Of a stretch of DNA of 64,000 bases, positions 1 to 11,338 are shown piece by piece. Numbering within the stretch: position 1 is the first letter of the stretch; the number at the start of each line of letters is the position of its first letter. Both the position numbers and the translations under genes were made by a program. This DNA is from Sphagnum compactum. Taxonomy: Eukaryota. The notes under the pieces were generated by a model. It ran no database searches. It was not told where the DNA came from and saw only the letters and a program-made list of their open reading frames with translations. Location of the stretch: positions 1,984,001 to 2,048,000 of the forward strand of contig OZ234493.1 of assembly GCA_965153455.1 (NCBI GenBank), read 5' to 3'.

Positions 1-772
1 TCCTTCCCCCTACCCACCTACAAAGATATGAAAGGACAAACATAACTTTTCATGTTCATGTATTTATTCTGCATGAACATGAAAAGACACAATGTTGAGA
101 ACCATATGGAAATAAACTATTGGGAACCATATGGGAACAGATTAAAAAAAGAGAGAAGATAAGGGTAGAGGGTTGGGAACTTGCTACACATAATAGTAAT
201 AATACAACCCCTCTTGATTCAAAATCAAAAAAAAACTGTTGGAGCCCTTAATTATGAAAGTCCACACCAACCTTCAAAGCAAATAATGTAAGGTAAGGCC
301 CCAAGGTGAGGAGGCCATTCGCCAAATGTGAGGCTTAGGACAAGGCCTTAGGTGTAAGAGGCCTCTTGTAGGCCTAATGGCCCTCTTGTTTTCTAGGAGG
401 TATCTATCATTAATGTTGTATAAGGTGCCTTCCATAATACACTAGAAAATTTCTCAAAAAAGTTGGGGCCATACTCGAATTAAGAAGCCTAAATAAGACA
501 CAACACATATAAGAGGCCTCTAGTTTTTTGAGGAGGCATTTTTTATGTGCCCTCCAAAATACACAAGGAAATTTTTTGTGTCTGGGCAGCTCCAAGATGT
601 ATGTGATCGGCATTTCTTGAAGATTATATTTTTGCATGGTGAAGTATTTGAGTTTCCATAACTCTTCTTTTTTTGCCTTAAGATAAATTTTAATGCAAAT
701 GGCAGGGCCACAGTGTAATTGACACACCCCTTTGTTTAATGTGTATAAGGTATGTTCCAAAAATAAAAAAAG

Positions 773-1203
773 GCAAAATAGTCAACAAAATACACTTAAG
801 AAATCTCTCCAAATACAAAAGGAAATAGTCTACAAAATACACTTAAGAAATCCCTCCAAATACAAAAGGAAATAGTCTACAAAATACACTTAAGAAATCC
901 CTCCAAATACAAAAGGAAATAGTCTACAAAATACACTTAAGAAATCCCTCCAAATACAAAAGGAAATAGTCTACAAAATACACTTAAGAAATCCCTCCAA
1001 ACACAAAAGGAAATAGTCTACAAAATACACTTCAGAAATCCCTCCAAATACAAAAGGAAATAGTCTAAGAAATACACTTGAGAAATCCCTCCAAATACAA
1101 AAGGAAATAGTCTTGGAAAAACACTTAAGAAATTTCTCCAAATACCAAAAGCAAATATTCTAGAAAAAAATACACTTAAGAAACCTCTCCAAATACAAAA
1201 GAT
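773..1203. repeat. 47-bp minisatellite, about 9 tandem units (AAAATACACTTAAGAAATCCCTCCAAATACAAAAGGAAATAGTCTAC)
   Basis: TACACTT recurs at 791, 838, 885, 932, 979, 1026 and 1073, with related motifs near 1120 and 1171. Central units are near-identical, edge units diverged, and there are no spacers. Confidence 0.95.
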
Positions 1204-1594
1204 AGAAATCAAATTTGTAGAGTGCTTTCACTTCTTCATTTCCATCACTTGTTTGCATTTGTTTGTTGTTGGTGCAGCTTTTTTTGTTTTTGGGCAAGCA
1301 ATGAATGAAGTGGAAACAGTAAACTTTGTCCTCTTCTGAATCGTCTCGTGCAAAGCAAAGCTTTAAGCAAACCCTAATTGAGTTGGTAGCTGTAGTTATG
1401 AGGGTGGTGAACTCAAAAGTGGCCACTGTTGCTCATTATGAGCGAGACGGCTGACACACAAGAAAGCAATGCAGTCATCATGTTCAGCAACTGTAGTTAC
1501 CCAGCAGCCAGCCCAGAAGGAGTACACACAAAGGAGAGCGGGAGGAAAGGGGGGGGAAGCCTGGGAGTGTTGTACTCGATCAGCTCCATTATAG

Positions 1595-1600
1595 TATATA
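1595..1600 (+). promoter_or_regulatory. Candidate TATA box of the nsLTP gene
   Basis: TATATA about 175 bp upstream of ATG 1773. A plausible 5'UTR intron AAG|GTCTTT...CTGCAG lies at 1681-1746. Confidence 0.35.
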
Positions 1601-1772
1601 GCAGCACTAGTACATTGCACTCTTCAATCGTCTTCACTGAGCTGCCGCTGCATTCTTTACGTCTTGGGTCTTGTTTGAAGGTCTTTTAAGTGGTTTGTCC
1701 AAGTTTTAAGCTTTGCTTGGATTTGTTTTCTGCTTGGATCCTGCAGAGGTGTTTGTTTGTTTATCGAGTGTG

Positions 1773-2203
1773 ATGGGGAAGCTGTTGCGGATGGGATCTG
1801 TAAGTTCACTTGTAGCTGTGGCTGCAGTTTGCATTGGATTTTTGTTTGTCATGCCTTTGGTGGCTGAAGGCTGCCCAGTTGCTACGTATTACGAGCCTTG
1901 CCTTTCTGCCGCTCTAAACGGGAATGCTAAGCCGGCCCCTGCGTGCTGCAATATCGTTCGTGAAATGGGTCAAACGTACGCCGGCGCAGAGTGCTTGTGT
2001 CAGCAAGCGCATGCACAGACGTTCGGAGCACCGTTCATGAATTCTGTGACCATGCCAGAACGGTGTTTCGGTGCCAATTACCCAAACCCCTCGGGCTACG
2101 TTTGCCGTAAGTCCCTTTTCTATAAGCTGAAAGCACCCTTGTCCGACTTCGCCTTTCAGTAGCTGCTGCTTTTGGATCTGTTGTAAACTGTTTTGCAGCA
2201 TGA
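1773..2203 (+). CDS. Non-specific lipid transfer protein (8-cysteine motif, prolamin superfamily), secreted, about 112 aa
   Basis: The hydrophobic signal peptide MGKLLRMGSVSSLVAVAAVCIGFLFVMPLVAEG is followed by C-X8-C-X14-CC-X14-CLC-X21-C-X12-C. Exon 1 is 1773-2106, the intron is GTAAGT...TTTTGCAG 2107-2198, and exon 2 (2199-2203) gives ...GYVCP-stop. The acceptor choice is inferred. Confidence 0.88.
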
Positions 2204-2968
2204 TGGTTTCCTCGTTGCACGGTTTTGTTTCATGTGCAATGGATCAGTATTTACGTTCTACGCAACTAATGACTTGTGTTCTGGTGTGGGTAACAGACTG
2301 ATCAACCAACTGAGAAGGATTTTGCTCAATGGAGAGGAAAAGAGGTGAATATCCACAACTATATTAGTTTCTCTGCCCCTTGAGACACCTCATTTTCATT
2401 TTTTGTAGTTCCAGCTTGACGACCATCTTATGCATGTCAATCAAATGAGTACAGATATTGCCTGGATATAGCACTTTGCATGGTCGTGGGTATTGCGGCA
2501 TAGGTCAGACTCTTGGCTTAGTTGATCAGCTGAAGCGAGATCAGATCTAGATTGAAATGGTCAGAATGACTGATCTTCGCATCTGTAATAGGCGCACTCC
2601 AGAAATTTGGCTCTAATCCAAAAGCTATTCCAACCATCTAGATATAGATCTGCAGAGCTACCAATGGTTTTCCTGTTCTTGCTCATGATGAATCCTCTGT
2701 AGAAACCGTGCTGTAGAAGTCAGCTATAATATTTCATTGATGTATTACTAGTCTCCCAAGTGCTTTTACCATTTTTTCTTCGACTCTCTGTGGCAGATAA
2801 GAGCAAGGAGCAAATGGGGTTTTCCTCTGCCATCATGTGGCTATTCATCTCAACTCGTCTGCAATATATTCTGCTGTTCCTGAAGAAGAGTAAAGGTTAT
2901 TATTTGTGATAACCTAGATCCAAGTCTCTTTGCAATGACAAAAGAGATAATATTTCCTATAATAAACT

Positions 2969-2972
<4 letters not shown>

Positions 2973-3006
<34 letters not shown>
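2973..3006. repeat. (AT)17 microsatellite
   Basis: Perfect AT run in the sequence. Confidence 0.95.
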
Positions 3007-3008
<2 letters not shown>

Positions 3009-4099
3009 TGTTTCTAGATCCGCTTGATGGCCTTCCAGTTTCCTTGGAAGTATTGGGGATACTGTGTTGGAACTTGGAATATACATGTCCTAAATTTGGA
3101 CCAATTTTCATATTCTATCAGAGCCTAATATGTCCTGAATTTGTGGCAACTTTCATTTTGTTATGTTGCCCTGAATTCATGTGCTATTATCAGTGCTCTG
3201 GATTTTGGATTTAAACAAGGAAATAAAGCCAGGATTAAGATGACACCATCTTGGGACACTGCCACTGCTATTTTCTTTGCTCTTTGCATAATGATTTAAT
3301 ATCATCACAATACCTTCTGAATCAAAACCACGCAGTAATCCAAAAAATACATATATTTAGCAAGCCGAAAGTTTTCAAACAAACTGAATGTTTATTGATG
3401 AGTAACAATTCATTGTCAAAGAGAGTTTGAAGTGGTACAACTCTGGAAACAAACATCGAAGTGCAATACATTACTCTGAATTAAGTACATAAATCTCATA
3501 ATTTTCTAAAATTGCAGAATGAATGTTTTAGAATCTGAAGATGAAAGTCTCCACTGTGGACACTATCAACTCATATTAGTATCAGAGACAGTGTCTTGAG
3601 AACCAATTGATAATTTTACATCATTGGATCTGTTAGCTCAAGAAAGGTAATGGGACATGGTTGAAAATCCTCAAATTTATGTGACCAATTTTGTTAGAAT
3701 TGTGGCCAGATAATGATGGCCACCATTAAATCCCTTTAGCTCCTTTCGCAAATGTTGTTCAATCTTACTTTCATGTACAGCTTTACTTTCTTTGCTTCTC
3801 CAATAGTTACTGTAGAGAGCCGTTAGAGGACAAAATTCTCTTCGATCTACAACTAATGGTAACAAATGCAACGCACTAGAAGATCTCACCTAAAGTGAGA
3901 TTCTTTAGAATGCAATCAAATTAGAAGAGTTTACTAGAGGTAGGCTCTCTAGAAGGCATTCTAATAGTTTGAAATTGAAAATTTAGGTGCCTTACAATAA
4001 AATTGGCACTACAAGTCCCAAAGATACCACGCAAAAATGTTAGGATTCATTTGTAGCAGGCATCAAAGGTAGAGGTTCATTATAACTAGGACTATCAAC

Positions 4100-5335
4100 T
4101 TCTGTATTCACAAGTTCAACAGCACCCTTTCTTCTTGCAATGCCACATCAAAAGTTAACAAATTTATATCATGTAATTCTACTGAAATGATCTCTAACAT
4201 GCATAATCTTGGACCTCTTTGTTGCTTTTACTGTATTTCAACCAAATATGCAAAGAAATGAATCGAAAACGAAATACAAATGTCAAAAATAGATTAAACA
4301 AAAAAACAAATATCATAGCATGTAATTTCATATAAAGTGTAAGAAGAAAGTAAAGTAGTCGTAAGAAGCTTATGACTTTGCATCTCTATGTCCCATAAGT
4401 CATCTCCATGGGCACCAAAATTTCTTTCATTCATGTGATTGTAGTATTCCTCCTTGTGTCATTAGTTATGTTCTTTCATTCAAATTTTGAGAATTACATA
4501 AGAGAAGTGAACTATATACTTTGAATTTTTTTTTATTCCAATAGGAAACTTCATGAACTAGATCCTATCACTTGAATAATAGGTAAACTTCAAAGTAGAA
4601 CAAGGTATAATGGATGAGGGCTGAGTTCATCATCACCAAAGATGGGATGATGGGACATCATCATTTTTGAAGTATTGATAATGGCTTTAAGGAAACAATC
4701 AATTGGTTGTTGGTGATGTGAAGGGACACAATATTTAATATCAATCCAATAGTTCTTGGAGCCACCTTGCTTAAATCAAAATATCTCACTAATGCAAAGT
4801 CTATGAAGATTGAAATTAACATCACTCGTTGTTTGTAACTTAGTGGTTGCTCAAATGATAAAATTTATCACACAAAACCAACTAAATCTCCTGTTCAAAG
4901 CTTGAGAAAGCTTGAGAAGAAGTAGGCTAGTTAGAAACATGATCTAACATCTTCCTCTCTTTTAAGGATGTGACAATTTGTCATTGCTTTTAGCATTCCT
5001 ACCAAGACCAGCTTTCAAGGCTTTATCAATCACTTCATCAACATATTTCATTTTTTTGTGTATTTCTCAAAATGTCAAAAGGTTAAACAAATAATTCATT
5101 AGTTAAAATTTTCTTTCAATTCATGTTCTCCAATTCTACCAATCATTTTGATCATTCCACACACACTACCAAAAGGGTAGAAGCTCCCATCTCTCTTCCT
5201 AACTTGCAAGACAAGTTCATAGAACACATCAACAAGACTTGCCCATTTTTCTTAGACGAATATTTAGTAGAAATGTCAATAACAAACCTCTAAACAACCT
5301 CCAATCTTTATAAACATTTTTTGACCAAATTTTAA
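4100..5335 (-). mobile_element. Degenerate tyrosine-recombinase ORF, Crypton/DUF3504-like transposon fossil
   Basis: Manual minus-strand translation gives, in order: IWSKNVYKDWRLFRG (5330), LVDVFYELVLQVRKRDGSFYPFGSV (about 5236-5162), FDIL, KAGLGRNAK, QALNRRFSWFCVINFII*A (TGA at 4853 where the catalytic Arg is expected), GGSKNY (4766-4749), PLYL, KNITNDTRRNTTIT*M (4475-4428) and GHRDAKS*ASY (4393-4361). Order and spacing match the R-K-HxxR-H-Y catalytic set. Several stops and frameshifts. Confidence 0.72.
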
Positions 5336-7799
5336 ACACCTTGCTCTTGCACTTTCCATCGTAGTTCATGTTGTCAAACTATGTTGCATCGATTAACCAA
5401 AAAAAAAAGGTTAAAAACAATGGCAACATGTCATACAAAAATTTCAAATTCATGAATAATATCTTCATTTATTTCCTCCTTAAAATTGTTAATTGAATTA
5501 TAAATGGTTGACATTAGATTGACAACATTATAGGATGTTGCATCAAAAGGAAGCAATGTACTAGACAACTATGTATTAGCATTATGCATAGGAGCTAGAA
5601 GTGGAGCTCTAATTGTTGGAGACTCTAGAAATAATTACCATGTGAAAGATTGTTGGAATGATTACATGAATAGTTGCATGAGAAATTTCAAAAGGAGTTG
5701 TGTAAGAAGGAACAACAAATGCATGCATAACCACACGAAAAAGTTCAAGATAAGTTACATGAAAATTTTCAAGAAAGATCATGTGATTGAAGAATTGCAA
5801 AAGAAGTTGCATCAACTTAAAAAAATACATTGTGAGAAATTCACAAGTAAAATTATCACAAAAAAAACTGGGGAATGATCTTAGGTAGTTTATCCATAAT
5901 CCATCAAGTTAAAAGGAAGAAAGAACAATTCAAATATATGGAGAAAAGGCTCAATGATCTAAAATCAACCATGAAGAAAAATCAATCATTTAGAAATGAT
6001 CATTAAAAAATGAACAATATAAAAAAACTCAAAGATGTGACCATTTTGGTGGAAGGAGGAACATCTAAAACAAAGAACATCAAAAATGGAATTAAAAAGG
6101 TTTGGGAATTCTTCCCATTCAATTTCACCTTGAAACTTTGCATCAAAAATTTCTATCAACTTTTATTCTACCTTTACACACCTTTTAAATAAATTGATGT
6201 GATCTTGTTCCACATGTTTATTCATGGTTGATATGCAATTAACCTTGTGGTAAACAACCTTTGTGACAACTATTTCATTGCTAACCCGATGCCAACTATT
6301 TCATTGTGACAAACAATCAAATGCATAACTTGATGTTCCCCCAAATCAACATGTTGATTATTTTCACCTTGAAAAATGCCCAAGTGGCCAAAGTTCTATC
6401 ATGAAGTTTCCACAAACTTTTTTTATTTCCTCAAGTCCTCTTAGACTACCTCTTGCATTAGAAGATTTGTAGTGTTGGTGTCAAATGGGGTCTCTTGTTC
6501 TGAAGTGTTCATAAAGCTATAATTGTTACTATATCCAATCAAGCACCCAATAACAATACACATGTTAAATTCAATTTCTGTGCTAACACTATTAGTGTCT
6601 GAAGATGAATTTTCCATGATTAATAGTTGTAGCAAGGGAAGGCCATGAAAGTGCATGGTTGCAAATACGAAAGAATGGCAATTTGAATGTGCAATTGATT
6701 TCAATGAACATGAAGTACAAGCCTATGATGACTTACATTGCATAACAAAGCTTGAACTTCCTACCATGAGGAAAAAAGAAAAAATGGAGTATCACAAGCT
6801 TGAACTCTCTAATACAAGAGGAAAAAAAAACACAACATAAAACAAAAGATATGGAGATTGAGAAAAGGTTTAAGCAATCATCCCCATGTGCCATACTTGA
6901 ATGAAAAATGAATACTCATTGTCAAAAGAAAAGTGGTTGGGGATTGTCATTCTGAAGTCACATTCAAAAGGCTCACAAAATTGTGATGATGCATAGGCTT
7001 TCATTTTTTCCATCACATTGAAATTTCAAACTTGAGAAAATGAAAAACTCTAAACCTATTTCCAAAAACCTTTGATTTTCAAATTCCATATTCACCATTT
7101 TTCATTCAAAAACCATCACAATAATTTTCGTTTTCACATTTTGAGCAAGTCATGTTTCTTACAAATAACTTCCAAAACACAATAAAGTTATCTATAAAGT
7201 ATTCAACATTTGGGCTATTGGGCCCCAATTTTGCTTAAATTGGGGAAGGAATGATAAGTCAAAATGAAACTTTACATAGGAAAAAAAAGACGGGACGAAA
7301 TTAGTTTCCTCACCTAAATTGGTTTGTAATGAATTTCTATTATAGATTAATCACTTGCCTATTAATTATAGTTTGTTGAACTAGTTCAAGTTAATACTTA
7401 CGTACTGCATAGTTAGTTAAGTAACCAGCATTATCACATTTTATTGGAACTTTACATGCATGTTATTTTGAAATATTATATATGTATGTTCAAGCTACAA
7501 TCTTTTAATTTCATTTTAAGTGGTGAGATTACCATTAATCGATGTCAACACGGTATCCAACTTCTTAGTGTTTAAATAAAGTTTTTTTTCTAGTATTATG
7601 AACTTTGTAACATATGTGTAGATTCTTTCTTTATTGTGAACTTTGCTTCATCTAAGGGTTATTGGTAATTAAGTTTGGGCTTTTTAATGTGTCCTCTTTA
7701 CAACATTATGTTTTTTTTCCCTCTTATCTTATCTTGCTCACCAATATGGTGTTAATAAAACCAATTTATGAGGTGAACAAGGTTGTTTAGTGTCATGAA

Positions 7800-10030
7800 C
7801 TATCAACCATGGAAGTTTCAAACCAACTAATTTTCATTAGAACCAAAATTTTAAGATATGTTGATCTAACAATCAACAATTTCACTTAAGGCAAATGAAT
7901 GAGAGGACATAGCTCTTGGAAGAGTGAAAGCTTTAACAATCATTACACTATCTCTTAAAAAGGAAGTTTATATTGTCATTGTAATTACATAGATACTAGA
8001 TAAACATGGTGGCCATTGCAAGAATGCTTTCACAATGCAACCAATTTCATGCTCAAGGATAAGTTGAACACTTTACAAATCGTTGATGGAGTGCATGTGT
8101 CTAAATAGTTTCAATAAATTCAAGAAGTGAAATGTGAACATGTGAGAATTAATTAGGTTGTTTTAAAAATTAAAGTTGTTGAACACATTCTTTTCACACA
8201 AACACCAAGCTTTGAATTAATGTTTCAAAGTATAAATGGTTTATCTTAATTTCCAACTTTTGATTAATTGTTTCTGTGGTTGCTTCAAAAAGTCAAAGTG
8301 AATCACCAATCAAAATCTTAGGCTACTAGTTTGAAGGTTGAAGCTTTGGTAGTGGTCAAGATGTGTAATCTTCTCATGCAAAACCCTTCTTTTGGTGACC
8401 ACCATGACAATTGATCTAGATGCAAAATTGTAAGACCTTGCAATATTTGTGACCTAACAAATTGTATGATGTGACATTGTCACAAACTTGCATGTTAAAT
8501 GGCACATCATATTCAAGAGTGTAACATTTGTTCTTAACCACAATATCGTAAACGTGTTGTGATTAAAAAAATTGAGACATTTAAGCCCAAGTTTTCAATA
8601 GATACCTTTCTATGGATCTATTTGATGTAGTTATTACTAATGTTTTAGAGCTAGAGAAGAACAGAGAATGACTTATTGACTCCAACACTTTTAAGCACGT
8701 GATTGAAAACAAATTTTTTTTGTCGAATTAAACAACTTAAAAGGTTCAATTAGTTTCAAAACAATTGGAGGCCAAAGTCTAGTGGTTAAACGAAAGGGGT
8801 TTGTCAATGTTTCTCCAAATGGTGCAATGAAGATATTTGATGTTATTTATGTGTCTAGGACTCACCAAGAATCTATTGTTTGTTGGTATAATGGTAGAAA
8901 AATGATACATTGCAGTGTTTGATAACACAAAATATTTAATTTTCAATGATTCAAAACACATCATTGGCTAATGGATATGTGACACAAGTGGGTTATGTAC
9001 GTACATTGTGACAAACCCTCCTTTCAAATTTTTGTTGTTGAGGATCCAAAGATGATTACACTTTGGCATTGATGGCTCAGACACTTTGAACAGTCATAGT
9101 ATATGCTTCTCATTTGAATTTTGTGCAACATTAGCATCAAGTATCCTATTGACCCCATGCATTAAAGAAGTTTGCCAAAGCTTCATGCAAGGTAAAAAAC
9201 GTTGGAAAAAAGTTATCAAATCAAAAAGGTGATCCATGCAAGTTTGGGAACTTGTTCATAATGACGTGTAAAATGATAAAGTTGAAGTCTCTTGGGAAGT
9301 CATTATTTTTTTATGATAATGAATGAATGTAGTATGTAAACTTGGGTTTATTTTTTAAATCATAAGTTTCAAACCTTCCATTATTTCAAAATGTTCAAGG
9401 CCCATGTAAAAAACATGTTAAACATAAAACCAAAAGAATTACAAAGTGATAGAAGAGGAGAATATTCATTTGAATGGTTTTATTTTATTTTTTGTTTTTT
9501 GCCAATATCAAGGAATCAAAAGAGAATTCACTCAAGCTTACACCCTTCATCAAAACAGGGTTTCAAAGCATAAGATCCACATTTCCCTTGAAAAGACCAA
9601 ATCTATGGTCTTCAAAGCCAAAACCCTTAGTTACTTTTGGGTAGAGATTGTTTGTACGTCTAATTCCTTCACAAGTTATTCTCTTGCATATACAAACTTA
9701 GCTTGACTACACCATTTAAACATCTCCTAGGCCAAAAATCAAGCATATAACACATTCATGTTTTTGGTTGTATAACATATGTATGCCTTCCCATATTTTA
9801 TTTTTTAAAGAAAGAACCAAAAACTCATAAATGCACTTTGGTAGGATATGATTGGCAAACAAAACAATATAAATGTTTTAATCATGAGAAGAGGTCTATT
9901 GTCAATAATGGGGACGTGAAGTTTGATGAACACCATTTTTGGAAATCCTCAATGGACTCACCTTCAAGACCATCTCGACTCTCCATAGAACCATTGTATG
10001 ATAGTTCAACAACCATCCCAAACTCAAGAT
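7800..10030 (+). mobile_element. Highly degenerate Ty1/copia LTR retrotransposon (gag/protease remnants and integrase; RT and RNase H not seen)
   Basis: Integrase motifs occur in shifting frames: WELVHNDV (about 9245), TWVYFLNHK, FKAHVKNMLNIKPKELQSDRRGEY (9394), GIKREFTQAYTLHQNRVS, SMVFKAKTLSYFWVEIVCTSN, HVFGCITYV and VGYDWQTKQYKCFNHEKRSIVNNGDVKFDE (9841-9930). Gag-like RVKALTIITLS lies at about 7922. Outer boundaries are uncertain. Confidence 0.85.
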
Positions 10031-10990
10031 GAGTCAATTGGGTAACCGTTGATGAACAAGCTAGAACAAAGAAAGAGATAACTTGTAATAGATGGACACC
10101 ATTATTGGAGACCATAGTGAAAACATGCACGTGCAAAGTCATTCAAACCCATCCCCTAAACATAGCTAAGTGATAAAAGAAAACAATCACATGTCTCATT
10201 TTCCAATGCAATTCACTTCAACTAACACATCTAGTTCAATGGACTCACCTTCAAGACCATCTAGACTTGCTTCTTCAGGATTGATCTCGTGGACCTACTT
10301 GTAACACTTTATCAAAGTATGGTTGCTACAAAAGTTGCATTGAGAAGTTCAACTCGCCCCAAAAGTGTTTTCAACCCAACTTGAAGGTCCTTTGTAGCCA
10401 TAATTGAATGCTTTGCAAACATAATAGTAGTGGTGGAAACTCTAGGGAAGCCAACTCATTTCTTTCTCACAAGTTGTCAAAGAGTAGGTGGATATGGTGT
10501 AGCAAGTAGATGATGTCCATTGTCAACAACAAGATCTGGTCATTTCCAGTTGGATGTTCCTTTCATTTTTGTGAAGCGGATTTACAAAATGAAGAGTGGG
10601 CCTAGGTGGAAATGGAATTAGTAGGATGCATCAAATCTCATTCTTCTGCTGAAATGGAGATGATATCGGAGAGTTTAGACGCGTCAAAGCGAGCCAGAGA
10701 CCGTCAGCAGTAGTGGCGATAGTGTGTGTACCTGGTCGACAGTGTGTAAGTTTCCGTCGCTCCCCAACTTTTTATTACTCCAACAAGCGTTGCATTGTAT
10801 TATTTTATGAACCTGTGAGCGTCAGTGTGCATGAAAGGATTTCGCAATAATCTGTCTGCGTATATACGGCTTGGTGACTCTGCAAATAGATTCCAGTTCT
10901 GAACCACACTTTCCAGATCGCAGACCCAAAGGATGAACCCCACCACCCCACCTTCCTTTGTAAGTGTTTAGCAGTAATGTTCCACTCTGG

Positions 10991-11006
10991 TTTAGGGTTT
11001 AGGGTT
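10991..11006 (+). promoter_or_regulatory. Telo-box tandem (TTTAGGGTTTAGGGTT) in the leader of the THO7 pseudogene
   Basis: Two AAACCCTA-type motifs lie downstream of a CpG-rich putative first exon (about 10680-10745, donor GTAAGT at 10746). A site II-like TGGGCC is at about 10597. Confidence 0.45.
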
Positions 11007-11338
11007 CAGCTTGCATGGTCTCTTTGTTCTTAGCTTCTGAAGGTGATGGTCCAAACAGAACCTTATAAGCTTCATTGAAAATTCAAAGAGTCTGAACTGG
11101 TTTGATTGCCCCTTTACAGAAAGAAGTAAGCACAATTGTGATGAGGACCATTAGGGGGTCCAAAGTCCCCAAACTGAACCTAAACCTAGCAAAGTTCTTT
11201 GTGAACTAGAAATTGTTGCTCTGTACAAATCAATCATGCTTTGGACACTTTGTGCAGTGTATCTGGTAGAGAAAGAGAATCATTGATTTAGATTTTTTGT
11301 TGCCCTCAGGCTTTGCACTCACAGCAATCACCACAGCC

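Noticed and set aside
773-1203. 47-bp array as a CRISPR array
   Set aside because: Units are contiguous with no unique spacers, there are no cas genes, and the context is eukaryotic. The ORF 1018..1212 over it is a repeat artefact.
5600-7150. Coiled-coil-like and TE-like fragments (ORFs 5642..5878, 6441..6704, 6655..6840)
   Set aside because: Probably decayed repeats, but I could not support any motif or family assignment.
7330-7760. Possible 5' LTR and PBS of the copia fossil (CAATATGGTGTTAAT at about 7742)
   Set aside because: The match to the Met-tRNA PBS TGGTATCAGAGC is weak and no second LTR was found.
9950-10262. 27-bp direct repeat TCAATGGACTCACCTTCAAGACCATCT (about 9950 and 10236)
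   Set aside because: It is real but only two copies inside the decayed copia, a small local duplication with no evident function.
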